Below, piece by piece: positions 19,197 through 28,989 of a stretch of 64,000 bases of DNA. A program made the translations under genes and the position numbers. The first letter of the stretch is position 1. Each line of letters opens with the position of its first letter. Origin of the DNA: Alphaproteobacteria bacterium (GTDB lineage Bacteria > Pseudomonadota > Alphaproteobacteria > UBA7887); assembly GCA_965242575.1 (NCBI GenBank), contig OZ251461.1:1505430-1569429 (forward strand). Reading direction: 5' to 3'. Under the pieces are notes generated by a model. The model was not told the origin of the DNA. It did no database searches and saw only the letters and a program-made list of their open reading frames with translations.

Positions 19197-20539
19197 GGTT
19201 CTCCTTCCCCATAGGCGAGCGCCACCAGTTCGATGGGGTGATGGGCGCGCGCGACGGCGAGCGGCGCGTCGGAGAGCCGCTCCATCCCCTGCCGCAAATG
19301 CTCGCCGGCCAGCGGGCATTCCGACACCAGGAACGCCTTGCCGGCGGCCAGCGCCTTGCGCGCCGCCGGACGCCCGACCTTGAGCGCGGTTTCGAAATAG
19401 CGCGTCTTGACCCCCCACGATCCGCCATGGCCCGAACAGCGCTCGACGACCTCCAGGTCGCAATCGGGGATCAGGCGCAGCATCTCCACCGCCTTGGGGC
19501 CGATGTTCTGCGCCCGCGCGTGGCATGCAAGATGGACCGCGACGCCGCCCTCCAGCGGCCGCATGCCCTCCGCCAGCCCCTCGTTGCGGGCGATGTCGAC
19601 GACGTATTCGGACAAGTCGCGGGTATGAGCGGCGAGCCGCGCGATGGCGTCGTCGCCGGGCGCGAGCAGCGGCCATTCCTTCTTCATCATCAGCGCGCAG
19701 CTCGGCGTGAGCGCCACGACGTCGCGCCCCGCGTCGATATGCAGGGCCAGGGCGGCGGCAGTCCGCCGCGCGCGGGCGGCGACGCCGTCCAGGTCGCCGT
19801 GCTCCATCTGCGGCATCCCGCAGCAGCCGGGGTAGGCGGCCTCGGCGTCGACGCCGTTGCGCCGCAGCACCGCCAGTGCCGCCGCGCCGATGTCCGGGTT
19901 GTTGTAGTTGACGAAGCAGGTCGCGTGCAGGACCGCCTTGCGTTCGCGCGCCGGCGCCTCCGCGTCGCGCGCCGGCGCCCGCCGGGCGCGCGCGGCGAAG
20001 GTGCGGAAATGGAACTTCGGCAGCGACGCCTCGGGGTGGACTCCGGCGAACCTGTCCAGCAGCGGGCGGGTCAGGCGGTTGCCCGCAGCGCTCGCCCAAT
20101 TCGCCAACGGCGCGACGGCGCCGGCGAGCCGCCCGTTGCGGTCGGTGCTGGCGAGCTGGCGGTCGGCGAACCCGGTCTTCCCGGCCGCATGCGCCGCCGC
20201 GCGGGCGCGCAGCACCAGATGCGGGAAGTCGATGTCGAACTCGTGCGGCGGCACGTAGGGGCAGCTCACCATGAAGCACATGTCGCACAGCGTGCAGGCG
20301 TCGACGACCGGCCCGAACGCGGCGCTCTCCACCGAGTCGAGCTCGCCCGTCTCCGACTCGTCGATGAGGTCGAACAAGCGCGGGAAACTGTCGCACAGGT
20401 TGAAGCACCGGCGGCAGCCGTGGCACACGTCGAACACGCGGCGCAGCTCGGCGTCGATCTTCTCCGGGTCGCCGTAATCCGGGTCCGCGCGGTCCACCGG
20501 GCGGCGCTCCGGGGCGCGCAATCCGCCTTCGCCGGGCAT
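19193..20539 (-). CDS. (Fe-S)-binding protein, heterodisulfide reductase D/GlpC-like
   Basis: Two CxxCxxC-type clusters (CHGCRRCFNLCDSFP, CTLCDMCFMVSCPY) and a C-terminal CCG domain (CCGMPQ). Confidence 0.8.
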   Translation of the reverse strand: MPGEGGLRAPERRPVDRADPDYGDPEKIDAELRRVFDVCHGCRRCFNLCDSFPRLFDLIDESETGELDSVESAAFGPVVDACTLCDMCFMVSCPYVPPHEFDIDFPHLVLRARAAAHAAGKTGFADRQLASTDRNGRLAGAVAPLANWASAAGNRLTRPLLDRFAGVHPEASLPKFHFRTFAARARRAPARDAEAPARERKAVLHATCFVNYNNPDIGAAALAVLRRNGVDAEAAYPGCCGMPQMEHGDLDGVAARARRTAAALALHIDAGRDVVALTPSCALMMKKEWPLLAPGDDAIARLAAHTRDLSEYVVDIARNEGLAEGMRPLEGGVAVHLACHARAQNIGPKAVEMLRLIPDCDLEVVERCSGHGGSWGVKTRYFETALKVGRPAARKALAAGKAFLVSECPLAGEHLRQGMERLSDAPLAVARAHHPIELVALAYGEGEP

Positions 20540-20573
20540 GGCTCGAATCCTTCTGCGCCGGGGGTGGAGGGGG

Positions 20574-20602
20574 GCCGCGGGGCCGGCGCGCGGCCCCGCG
20601 GC
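20574..20602 (-). terminator. Perfect 12-bp GC hairpin between the rubrerythrin gene and the Fe-S gene (no U-tract)
   Basis: gccgcggggccg-gcgcg-cggccccgcggc. Confidence 0.35.
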
Positions 20603-20611
20603 GGGACGGGC

Positions 20612-21028
20612 CTAGTCGAGCGTGTCGAGCGCCCGCTGGAAGCGCCCGGCATGCGACTTCTCGGCCTTCGCCAGGGTCTCGAACCAATCGGCGATCTCGT
20701 CGAAGCCCTCGTCGCGCGCGGTCCGCGCCATGCCCGGATACATATCGGTGTATTCGTGCGTTTCGCCGGCGATGGCGGCCTTGAGGTTCAGCCGCGTGCC
20801 GCCGATGGGCTCGCCCGTCGCCGGGTCCCCGGTCTCCTTGAGGTAGTCGAGGTGGCCGTGCGCGTGCCCGGTCTCGCCCTCCGCGGTGGAGCGGAAGACG
20901 GTCGCTACGTCGTTGTAGCCCTCCACGTCCGCCTTCTGGGCGAAGTAGAGGTAGCGCCGGTTGGCTTGCGATTCGCCGGCGAAGGCGGCCTTCAGGTTGT
21001 CCTCGGTCTTGGTTCCGCTAAGCGCCAT
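20612..21028 (-). CDS. Rubrerythrin-family (ferritin-like diiron) protein
   Basis: [30 protein letters not shown]...[10 protein letters not shown]...[13 protein letters not shown]...[17 protein letters not shown] lies upstream of ATG 21028. Confidence 0.85.
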   Translation of the reverse strand: MALSGTKTEDNLKAAFAGESQANRRYLYFAQKADVEGYNDVATVFRSTAEGETGHAHGHLDYLKETGDPATGEPIGGTRLNLKAAIAGETHEYTDMYPGMARTARDEGFDEIADWFETLAKAEKSHAGRFQRALDTLD

Positions 21029-21088
21029 GGGGTCCTCCTGTGGAACGGTCCGCCTCATATGGCCCCGCCGGCCGCCGCCGTCAACAGA

Positions 21089-21103
21089 TTAGAATCGTTA
21101 TAA
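21089..21103. promoter_or_regulatory. Candidate Irr-binding iron control element (ICE-like inverted repeat)
   Basis: TTAGAA-tcg-TTATAA compared with the published ICE consensus TTTAGAA-N3-TTCTAAA. It lies in the 69-bp irr-rubrerythrin spacer and overlaps the irr stop codon. Confidence 0.4.
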
Positions 21104-21526
21104 TTCGAATTTTCGCAGCCGGACGACCGCGTCGACGCGCTCCACCTCCCGCCCCGCCGGCGGCTCGGGCAGCGTCGCGAGCGCCACCGCCTCGGCGGGG
21201 ATGTCGGTCAGTTCGCCGGTTTCGGTGTCGTAGAAGTGGTGGTGGTGGGCGGTGTTGGTGTCGAAATACGTCCGCCCCGGCGCCGCCGCGAGTTCGCGCA
21301 GCAGCCCCGCCCGGACGAAGCGGTGCAGCGTGTTGTAGACCGTGGCGACCGAGACGCGGACTCCCGCGCCGCGCGCTTCGGCATGCAGCCGCTCCGCCGT
21401 CAGGTGCCGATCGCCGCCCTCCGCGACGAGCCGCGCCAGCGCCACCCGCTGGCGCGTGGGGCGCAGTCCGGCGCGCCGCAGCAGGGCGGCGGCTTCGGCT
21501 TCGGCGGTCGGCGCGTTCGCTGTCAT
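21098..21526 (-). CDS. irr: Fur-family iron response regulator Irr
   Basis: Fur-like winged helix (PTRQRVALARLV...VATVYNTLHRF) and the HHHH run (TNTAHHHHFYD) typical of alphaproteobacterial Irr. Confidence 0.75.
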   Translation of the reverse strand: MTANAPTAEAEAAALLRRAGLRPTRQRVALARLVAEGGDRHLTAERLHAEARGAGVRVSVATVYNTLHRFVRAGLLRELAAAPGRTYFDTNTAHHHHFYDTETGELTDIPAEAVALATLPEPPAGREVERVDAVVRLRKFEL

Positions 21527-21902
21527 GGCTTGCCTTGCGAATTCGTATCATTCCAATGTAGTCTCCGCGCCGCCGCCGCGCAACGGGCCGGGCGCGGCGG
21601 TTTCCGCTACGAGCCCCATCCGGCGCGCGCGTGCGATGTCCCCGCGCGCGGTCGGCGGTCCGGTCCGTTTCGTTCTCGCCGGTTCGGGGCGTGTCGCCGA
21701 TGGCCCACCCGGAGACCCGGATGCGTAGGCGCCGCGCGAGCGCTTCCGGCGGCGGGAACGGGACGAGCGGCGGGCCGCGCATACCGGCGGACTCAGCCCC
21801 GGCGCGCGCTCCCGGCGCATAGGTGCGCGGCGGAGCGCGACGTCCGGGATCGGAAAACGACGGGCAAAACCGCGCACGGGCAGCATCGGAACGGGGCCGG
21901 CC

Positions 21903-22493
21903 TTACTCGCTCCGGTCCAGCGCGTCTATTCGCGCCTGCATCTTGGCGAGCTGGGCGCGGAGTTCGTCGATCTCGCGCGCCTCCGGTTCGGGCGCGGGGT
22001 CCGGCGCGGCGCGGGCGCCGCCGGGCCGGGCCGCCGCGAAGGGGTCGAACATCGCCGCCGCCTGGCGGAACATGGCCATGTTCTTCTCGCTCGCGTCGCG
22101 CATCGCGCGGGCGGGGAAGAACTCGCCGAACGCGGCCTCCATGTCGCGCCGCATCCGGTCCTGGTTGTCGGCGAAACCGTTCATCGCCGCCTCGAGGTAG
22201 GAGGGGACGAGGGCGCGCAGATTGTCGTCGTAACAGCCGATCAACTGGCGCAGGAAGCCGATGGGAAGAAGGTTCTCTCCCTTCGCCTCGCGCTCCAGGA
22301 TGATCTGCGCGAGGACGGATCGGGTGATGTCCTCGCCGGATTTGGCGTCGTGGACGACGAAATCCACGCCCGCCTTCACCATCGCGCACAGGTCGTCGAG
22401 GGTGACGTAGCGTGACGACGCGGTGTCGTAAAGCCGCCGGTTCGCGTATTTCCTGACGACGACCGGGGCCGGGTCGTTCTCGTTCTTGGCCAT
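21903..22493 (-). CDS. phaR: Polyhydroxyalkanoate synthesis repressor PhaR
   Basis: VVRKYANRRLYDTASSRYVTLDDLCAMVKAG.DF.V.DAKSGEDITRSVLAQII.E.E. Confidence 0.85.
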   Translation of the reverse strand: MAKNENDPAPVVVRKYANRRLYDTASSRYVTLDDLCAMVKAGVDFVVHDAKSGEDITRSVLAQIILEREAKGENLLPIGFLRQLIGCYDDNLRALVPSYLEAAMNGFADNQDRMRRDMEAAFGEFFPARAMRDASEKNMAMFRQAAAMFDPFAAARPGGARAAPDPAPEPEAREIDELRAQLAKMQARIDALDRSE

Positions 22494-22544
22494 GCCGCCT
22501 CCCCGCCCGGCTCCGCGCGGCCCGGCGGCGGGGAGTATAGCGCG

Positions 22545-23075
22545 TCACGCCGCCGCGCGCTTCCCCGGCCCGGCCTTCCGCGCCTTGCCGAGCTTGCGCA
22601 GGATCATCGACCGGCGGACGCGCGAGATGCGGTCGACGAACAACACCCCGTCCAGATGGTCGATTTCGTGCTGGACGCAGGTCGCCGGCAGGCCCTCCAG
22701 CTCGACCTCGCGCGCCGCGCCGGCGCGGTCCAGATAGGCGATGCGCGCGCGCGCCGGGCGCGCCACCTCCGCGTAATGGCCGGGCAGCGACAGGCAACCC
22801 TCCTCGAAGACGGCGGTCTCGCGGGAGGCGGAGACGACGCGCGGGTCGACCAGGGCCAGCGGCTCCGGCGCGCCGCCGTCCGCCGCCGTATCGACGACGA
22901 CGACGCGGCGGAGCGCGCCCACCTGCGGCGCGGCGAGGCCGATGCCGCCGGCGTCGTACATGGTCTCGAACATGTCGTCGACGAGGCGGCGGACCGCGCC
23001 GTCGACCGCCCCGGCGGGGGCGCAGCGGCGGCGCAGCCGCGGGTCGGGCGCGACGATGACGGGGAGCAGGGCCAC
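22545..23075 (-). CDS. def: Peptide deformylase
   Basis: GTG 23075. Motifs GIGLAAPQVG, EGCLSLPG and QHEIDHLDG. Confidence 0.9.
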   Translation of the reverse strand: MALLPVIVAPDPRLRRRCAPAGAVDGAVRRLVDDMFETMYDAGGIGLAAPQVGALRRVVVVDTAADGGAPEPLALVDPRVVSASRETAVFEEGCLSLPGHYAEVARPARARIAYLDRAGAAREVELEGLPATCVQHEIDHLDGVLFVDRISRVRRSMILRKLGKARKAGPGKRAAA

Positions 23076-23088
23076 GGCCGGCGCGCGC

Positions 23089-23562
23089 CTAGGGCGAGTC
23101 GGGAACGCCGTCGAGGCGCCAGCGGCGGACCATCGCGCGGAGCTCGGCCTGCCGCTCCGGCGCGATCCAGCGGCCGGCGAAATCGCGCGCGGCGGCGGCC
23201 TTGTCGTGGCCCGCGCCGACGGCGAAGTGATACCAAGCGTAGGCGAGTTCGGGGTCGCGCGCCACGCCGCGGCCCTCGAGATAGGCGCTGGCGAGCAGGA
23301 CCTGCGACTCGACGTGGCCGCGCGCGGCGGCGGCGCGGTACCAGCGCGCCGCCTCCTCGTGGCGGCCGCGGATCGCGGCGACGTGGCCCAGGCCCGCCAT
23401 CGCCCAGCGGTCGCCGCGCTCGGCGAGCGGCGTCCACGCGGCGGCGGCGGCGGCGAAGTCGCCGTTCTCGAAATGCGCGCGGCCGTCATCGGCCGCCGGC
23501 GCCGGACCCGCCAGGGCGGCGGCCAGAAGAAGGACTGCGATGCGCGGCATGACGACGTCCAT
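23089..23562 (-). CDS. Secreted Sel1/TPR-repeat protein
   Basis: Signal peptide followed by Sel1-like units (AARWYRAAAARGHVESQVLLASAYLEGRGV.RD...A..WY). Confidence 0.65.
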   Translation of the reverse strand: MDVVMPRIAVLLLAAALAGPAPAADDGRAHFENGDFAAAAAAWTPLAERGDRWAMAGLGHVAAIRGRHEEAARWYRAAAARGHVESQVLLASAYLEGRGVARDPELAYAWYHFAVGAGHDKAAAARDFAGRWIAPERQAELRAMVRRWRLDGVPDSP

Positions 23563-23604
23563 ATAGCGCGGCGGGGCGCGCGGTTCCAGTGTCCGGGCGC
23601 GCGG

Positions 23605-23964
23605 TCACGCCTGCGGCTCGAGCGCCTCCAGGAACGCCAAGTCGATGGGGAGCGGGGGGCCGAGCCACAGCGCGAAGCGGGAATGGTCGGCGACCTCGTC
23701 GCCGGTCCGGGGATGCACCAGGACCGACAGATCGCCCCGGTTGAGCATCAGCCAGGGGACGAAACTCGGGAACAGCGGCGGGTCGAACGCCACCTGGTAC
23801 ATCGGTTCGGGGTGCGGCCCCACGGGTGCGTCGCGCCAGCGCCCCAGCCGCGCCGCGAAGCGGGCGGCGATGGCGGCCCGCAACTCCCCGGCGCGGCGGC
23901 GCGCGGCGGCGTCCGGGTAATAGACGTGGGCGTGGTAGCCGGCGATGGCTCCGCCGTCGCGCAC
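23605..23964 (-). CDS. DOPA 4,5-dioxygenase-like small protein
   Basis: GYHAHVYYPD...LGRWRDAPVGPHPEPMYQVAF...FVPWLMLNRGDLSVLVHP. The GTG 23964 start is chosen and uncertain. Confidence 0.55.
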   Translation of the reverse strand: MRDGGAIAGYHAHVYYPDAAARRRAGELRAAIAARFAARLGRWRDAPVGPHPEPMYQVAFDPPLFPSFVPWLMLNRGDLSVLVHPRTGDEVADHSRFALWLGPPLPIDLAFLEALEPQA

Positions 23965-23966
23965 GG

Positions 23967-24782
23967 TCAGGCGGCGCGGCGGGCGGCGAGGTGGCGGCGC
24001 ATGGCGGCGATGCGGTTCGCGTCCAGCGGGTGGGTGCTCATGAATTCCAGCCGCCGCCGGCCGCCGGAGCGCCGCGCCATCGCTTGCCAGAAGCGGAGCG
24101 CCTCCGGCGCCGCGTAGCCGCCGCCGATCATGAAGTCGACGCCCAGCCGGTCCGCTTCGTATTCGTGCTGGCGCGAATAGGGCAGGAGGACGCCGAACGT
24201 CACCCCGGCGCCGAGCACCGCGGCGATCTCGTTTCCGTAACGCGCGTCCGATTGCGACAGCGCCGCCGCCGCGGCCGTCGTGGCGACCTGGGCGAGGAGG
24301 CTCTGGCTGTAGCGCTCGGCGGCGTGGCGGCCCACCACGTGGCCCACTTCGTGGCCCATCACCGCGGCGACCTGGTGGTCGTTCTCCATCAGGTCGAGGA
24401 TGCCGGTGTAGAAGCCCACCTTGCCGCCGGGCAGGACCCAGGCGTTGACCTGGTCGTCCTCGAACGCGGCGAACTCCCACCCGCGGCGGGCGAGGCCGCG
24501 GTCGGGATATTGCCGCGCCGCCGCCTGGACGATGCGCCGCCCCACCCGTTGCAGCCGCGCGTCGCGGCGGCGCGGAGTCCGGCGCAGGGTCTCGCGCCAG
24601 ACGCCGGCGGCGAGCGCCGCGAGCTGCCCGTCGGAGACGAGGAGCAATTGGCGGCGGCCCAGCGCGGCGTTCGCCGCGCAGCCGGCGAGGCCGGCGCCGG
24701 AGAAGGCGACGACCGCGCCCGAGGCGAGGCCGGACACCAGCTCGCGCCGCGACAGTTCGACGGTCGCCGACGCCTCGGTCAT
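23967..24782 (-). CDS. M48-family Zn metallopeptidase, probable lipoprotein
   Basis: HEVGHVVGRH motif. The N-terminus RRELVSGLASGAVVAFSGAGLAGC resembles Tat and lipobox signals. Confidence 0.8.
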   Translation of the reverse strand: MTEASATVELSRRELVSGLASGAVVAFSGAGLAGCAANAALGRRQLLLVSDGQLAALAAGVWRETLRRTPRRRDARLQRVGRRIVQAAARQYPDRGLARRGWEFAAFEDDQVNAWVLPGGKVGFYTGILDLMENDHQVAAVMGHEVGHVVGRHAAERYSQSLLAQVATTAAAAALSQSDARYGNEIAAVLGAGVTFGVLLPYSRQHEYEADRLGVDFMIGGGYAAPEALRFWQAMARRSGGRRRLEFMSTHPLDANRIAAMRRHLAARRAA

Positions 24783-25009
24783 GGGATCCGCCCCTCCGTT
24801 CCCGGCTCCGGGGGATCGGAGCCTACCCGGCCGCGCGCGTCAACCCGCCCGTCGCCGACACGCGATCCGTCCGGATAACGCCTTTTTCGTTCTGCGGGAC
24901 GCAGCGGACGGCGCCCCCGCGCGCGGCGAGTCAACCGCGCTTGCGCGGCGTTGCGCCGGGCGCCCGGCGCGGGCATTATTTGCGCCCTTCGCCGAAGGGA
25001 GGGCGCGGC

Positions 25010-26911
25010 ATGGCCGTCTCCGCGGAATGGCGCGAATACGACGTTATCGTCGCCGGCTCCGGCGGGGCCGGAAGCGCGGCGGCGCAGGCGGCGGCCGAGG
25101 CCGGCGCGCGCGTTCTCGTCGTCGCCAAGGACCCGGTCGCCTGCTCCGACACCAAGATCGCCGAGGGCATCGTCACCGTGCGCGGGAGCGGCGACGCCGA
25201 CGATTCCGAGACCGCGCTGGCGGAGAACCTGCGCATCGCCGGCGCCGACCTGCCGGACCCGCGCATCGCCGCCGCCTTCGCCCAGGACAGCCGCGACGCA
25301 TACGACTGGATGCGCCGCCACGGCGTCCGCCCCGACATGGAGTCCGGCGCCGATGGCGGGCCGGACCGGCCCCGGGCCCTCGCCCTGCCGCTCGGCGGCC
25401 ACACGCGGCGGCGCTCGGTCGGCCACCGCAACGGCGGCCTCGCCGTGGGGCACGCGGCGTGGAGCGCGGTGGCGCAGAACCCCCGCGTCGACTACCTGGA
25501 GGACGCGTGGCTCCTCGACATCGCCGTCGGCGGCGGCGAGGTCGCGGGCGGGCTGGTCTATCACGCGGCGGAGGGGGCGTTCGCCGCGGTCCGCGCGCCG
25601 TCGGTCGTCATCGCCGCCGGCGGGCTGGGCACGCTCTACTTCCCGAAGACCGACACGATGCGCGGCAACACCGGCGATTCCTACGCGCTGGCGCTGCGCG
25701 CCGGAGCGGCGCTGGTCGACATGGAGCAGGTGCAGTTCCTGCCTTTCTGCATGACTCATCCGCCGGCCTACGAAGGCCTGTGCGCCGGCGAGCCGGCGAC
25801 GGCGGGGTATCTCGGCGTCCTGCGCGACCGCGACGGCCGGGTCATCCTCGACGGGGTGATGCTGCGCACCCGCGCCGAATGCTCCGCCGCCATCGTCCGC
25901 GCGGTCGCGCAGGGCCGGGGCACCGAGCGCGGCGGCTGCTGGCTCGACCTGACCGGCAACGCCCGGCTGCCGCGCGCCGGGCGCTATTACGACGCCTTCC
26001 TGCACACTTCGCTGACCGGCGTGATGGCGACGGTCCGCCAGGCCTGGGGCCGCGAGGCGGCGCGCTGCCGGACGATGTGGGAGGTCCGCCCCGGCGCGCA
26101 TTACGCCATGGGCGGCGCGCTGGCGGACGCCGACGGCGCGGCGGCGGACGGCGCGCCGCGCGGCCTCTTCGCCGCCGGGCAGGCGATGGGCGGCGTGTTC
26201 GGCGCCAACCGGCTCGGCTCGACCTCGCTGACCGAAGGCCCGGTGTTCGGCGCCCGCGCCGGGCGCGCGGCGGCGGCGCGGGCGCGGACGCGCGCCGCGG
26301 CGCCGGACCGGGCGCCGCTCGAAGCGCTCCTCGCGGCGCGGCGCGCGCGATTCGGCCGCGGCGCCGGCGCGGCGCCGGCGGCGCTGATCGAACGCTTGCA
26401 GGGAGCCTGCTGGGAGGGGATCGGCCCCGCCCGCACCGGAGCCGGCCTGGCGCGGTTCCGGGCCGAGCTGCGGGCGCTGCGCGCCGCGGCGGCCGATGCG
26501 CGCGTCTCCGGCGAGGCGGTGTGGAACCAGTCGTTCATCGACGCGGCGGAGCTCGACAACATGCTCGACGCGGCGGAGGCGGTGGCGCTGGCGGCGGCGG
26601 CGCGCGAACGCGGCCTGGGCGCGCATGTCCGCCTCGACGGCCCGCGCGGCGGCGCCCTCGCCGCGTTCGCCCGGCCGTATTCGACCGTCATCCGCCGGGG
26701 CGCCGGCGGCGCGCTCGCGGTCGACCGCCTGGCGCGCCCGCGCACCCCGCTGCGGCGCCTGCTCCCCTACCTCGCGCAATCGGCGCGGCGGAAGCTGTGG
26801 CTCAAGGCGCTGCGCCTGCTGCCGCCGCGCGCCCAGGACCGCATCATCGAGAAGCGCTACCGCGCGGTCATGGGCGAGATCGCGGCGCCGGAGGCGGCCG
26901 CCGGCGCATGA
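25010..26911 (+). CDS. FAD-dependent oxidoreductase, succinate dehydrogenase/fumarate reductase flavoprotein-like
   Basis: YDVIVAGSGGAGSAAAQAAAEAG (dinucleotide fold) and LFAAGQAMGGVFGANRLGSTSL. The RBS GAAGGGAGGG precedes ATG 25010. Confidence 0.8.
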   Translation: MAVSAEWREYDVIVAGSGGAGSAAAQAAAEAGARVLVVAKDPVACSDTKIAEGIVTVRGSGDADDSETALAENLRIAGADLPDPRIAAAFAQDSRDAYDWMRRHGVRPDMESGADGGPDRPRALALPLGGHTRRRSVGHRNGGLAVGHAAWSAVAQNPRVDYLEDAWLLDIAVGGGEVAGGLVYHAAEGAFAAVRAPSVVIAAGGLGTLYFPKTDTMRGNTGDSYALALRAGAALVDMEQVQFLPFCMTHPPAYEGLCAGEPATAGYLGVLRDRDGRVILDGVMLRTRAECSAAIVRAVAQGRGTERGGCWLDLTGNARLPRAGRYYDAFLHTSLTGVMATVRQAWGREAARCRTMWEVRPGAHYAMGGALADADGAAADGAPRGLFAAGQAMGGVFGANRLGSTSLTEGPVFGARAGRAAAARARTRAAAPDRAPLEALLAARRARFGRGAGAAPAALIERLQGACWEGIGPARTGAGLARFRAELRALRAAAADARVSGEAVWNQSFIDAAELDNMLDAAEAVALAAAARERGLGAHVRLDGPRGGALAAFARPYSTVIRRGAGGALAVDRLARPRTPLRRLLPYLAQSARRKLWLKALRLLPPRAQDRIIEKRYRAVMGEIAAPEAAAGA

Positions 26912-27618
26912 AGGTGACGTTGATGACCGCGCGCGGCGGGGCGGCGGAGCCCGTCGTCTTCGACTACGCGCCGCGCGAGGAGGGCGAGCGGCCGATGGCG
27001 CTCGACGTGCTGTTGCAGGCCCGGGCCGGGCCGCTGCCCGACCTCGCGTTCCGCTACGGCTGCCGCAACCGGACCTGCGGAGTGTGCACGGTGGACGTCA
27101 ACGGGCGCCCGCGCATCGCCTGCCGGGCGCGGGTGCGCGAGGGCGACGTCATCGCCGCGCCGGGGACGCTGCCGGCGCTGCGCGACCTGGTCCCGCGCCG
27201 CGACGGGGTGGCGCGGCAGTTGCGCGGGCGCGCCCCCGGCGCGGCGCGCGGCAACGACCTCGACGTCGCGGCGCCGGACGACTACCACGCGCTGACGGCG
27301 TGCATCGAATGCTACGCCTGCCTGCACGGCTGCCCCATGCATGCGCGCAACTTCGCCGGCGGCGCGGAGTCGCGCGCCCCCGACGGCGCCTATCGCTGGG
27401 GCAACCCGTTCTCGCTGTTGAAGCTGCGGCGCATCCAGCTGGACCCGGCGGCGGCGGCGGACGACAAGGCGCGCGCGGCGGAGGCCGCCTCCGACCTCGG
27501 CCTCGACGCCTGCCGCGACTGCCCCGGCTGCAAGTGCGGCGTGGGCATAGACCTCAAGCGCAAGGTGGTCCGCCCGCTGCTGGAGGCGGCGGACTCCGGC
27601 CCTACCAGTCGTTCCTGA
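26908..27618 (+). CDS. Fe-S subunit (2Fe-2S plus 4Fe-4S ferredoxin-like) partner of the flavoprotein
   Basis: ATGA overlap with the upstream gene. Cysteine clusters CRNRTCGVCTV, CIECYACLHGCP and CRDCPGCKCG. Confidence 0.75.
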   Translation: MKVTLMTARGGAAEPVVFDYAPREEGERPMALDVLLQARAGPLPDLAFRYGCRNRTCGVCTVDVNGRPRIACRARVREGDVIAAPGTLPALRDLVPRRDGVARQLRGRAPGAARGNDLDVAAPDDYHALTACIECYACLHGCPMHARNFAGGAESRAPDGAYRWGNPFSLLKLRRIQLDPAAAADDKARAAEAASDLGLDACRDCPGCKCGVGIDLKRKVVRPLLEAADSGPTSRS

Positions 27619-28393
27619 GCGCGCGGAGCTTGAGGAAGACCTCGCGCGGGGCGGGGTCGTCGGGCAGGTCGGGGAAAGTCTGGCGCAGGCGGGCCACGAC
27701 GCCGGGGCTGTGCAGGCGGAAGAAGGCGTTGACCTCCTTCTCCAGCGCCAGGGTGGTGACCTTGGCGGCGTGCGGGTCCTGGCCCTCGATCTCGCCGCGG
27801 AGCGCCCGCGCGCGGGCGTTGCCGGGTTCGCGGTCGAGGGTGAAGTCCAGGTTGTTGGCGATGTAGTCGTGCCCCGGATAGACCAGCGTCCCGCCGGGCA
27901 GGCGGGCGAGCTGGGCGGCGAAGGTCTCGTAGAGCTCCTCCGGATGGCCGCCGTTGTGGCAGTTGCCGGCGCCGGCGTTGAACAGCGTGTCGCCGCAGAA
28001 CAGCGCCGGCGCGTCGGTCCGCGACAGCAGGCAGACGTGGCTCATGGTGTGGCCGGGGGTGTCGAGCGCCTCGAGCTCCACCGTCCGCCCGACCTTCACC
28101 ACGTCGCCGGCGGCGAGGCCCACGTCGATCCCGGGAATGCGCCCCTTCGCGCCGGCGTGGGCGAGGAGCTTCGCGCCGGTGGCGGCGATGGTGGCTTCGT
28201 TGCCGCCGGTGTGGTCGCCGTGCTCATGGGTGTTGAGGACCTGGGTTATGTCCCATCCCTCGGCCCGGGCGGCGGCGAGGCAGCGGCGGTGGTCGAGCGG
28301 GTCGACCGCCAGCGCCTCCCCGGTCTCCGGGCAAGCGATGAGGTAGTTGAAGTTGCGGTAGGCGTTCTCGGTGTAGAGCTGCTTGACGATCAT
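27602..28393 (-). CDS. gloB: Hydroxyacylglutathione hydrolase (MBL fold)
   Basis: MIVKQLYTENAYRNFNYLIACPETGEALAVDP...THEHGDHTGGN...TPGHTMSHVC. Confidence 0.85.
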   Translation of the reverse strand: MIVKQLYTENAYRNFNYLIACPETGEALAVDPLDHRRCLAAARAEGWDITQVLNTHEHGDHTGGNEATIAATGAKLLAHAGAKGRIPGIDVGLAAGDVVKVGRTVELEALDTPGHTMSHVCLLSRTDAPALFCGDTLFNAGAGNCHNGGHPEELYETFAAQLARLPGGTLVYPGHDYIANNLDFTLDREPGNARARALRGEIEGQDPHAAKVTTLALEKEVNAFFRLHSPGVVARLRQTFPDLPDDPAPREVFLKLRALRNDW

Positions 28394-28989
28394 CGCCGAT
28401 CCTCTTGTGGTGTCGGGTCTGGTTCCGTTTGGGCGCACTTTTGCAAAAATTCCTTCAGCGCGTCCAGATCGGGCGCCTCCAGATTCCAATGTCGGCGGTC
28501 ACTGTAATTCCTGTCCTTCTCTTTTGGGCCATTACCTACCGCTTCGCAATAAGAGAAAATCCGCGCCTTGGAATCCGGCATATTGTAATTTTGACAAATA
28601 TTCCGCAAGCACTTCTGATACTCAGTAAAACAATCATGTATGCGCCTATGTCGTTCCGTGGCTATTTTCTCCAAAAGAGTTTCCAAATTTCCAGAACGCT
28701 TGTTATCCGGAAAAAGAAACCAGTAATTGACAGGGAGATTGAGTCGCGCCTTCTCCACTTCGATTTCATCTAGCCGACCGGAGATATCCGCATCCGCGTC
28801 TAATATGATCGCTATGCGCTTTCCAGCATCATAGCTCCTCTGGATCCGGCGTTGCGCCGCCGACAATTTCGATATCCCGCCCCCGATGACTTCCGACTGG
28901 AAGATCGACAAGCCGATACGATCCAGAAAGGCGTCGAGAAACAATTTATCGTTATCTCCTTCGACGAATATGACACAGGTCACAGTCAT
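28390..28989 (-). CDS. Small TOPRIM-like protein (DUF4276/DUF3226/DUF4435-type fold), AT-rich cassette gene 2
   Basis: VIFVEGDNDKLFL (TOPRIM Glu) and AIILDADAD (DxD). 199 aa. The stop lies inside the ATGA that starts gloB. The start overlaps the ATPase stop by 1 nt. Confidence 0.7.
   Translation of the reverse strand: MTVTCVIFVEGDNDKLFLDAFLDRIGLSIFQSEVIGGGISKLSAAQRRIQRSYDAGKRIAIILDADADISGRLDEIEVEKARLNLPVNYWFLFPDNKRSGNLETLLEKIATERHRRIHDCFTEYQKCLRNICQNYNMPDSKARIFSYCEAVGNGPKEKDRNYSDRRHWNLEAPDLDALKEFLQKCAQTEPDPTPQEDRR

Noticed and set aside
21527-21902. 375-bp gap between irr and phaR containing ORF 21548..21886 (112 aa)
   Set aside because: The ORF is Arg/Pro/Ala-rich with no RBS or motif. No RNA gene structure was recognisable by eye, so the region is left unannotated.
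24421-27618. 1065-aa plus-strand ORF
   Set aside because: Only its last 236 codons (from ATG 26908) form the Fe-S subunit. The upstream part overlaps the flavoprotein gene in another frame and the M48 peptidase gene in antisense.
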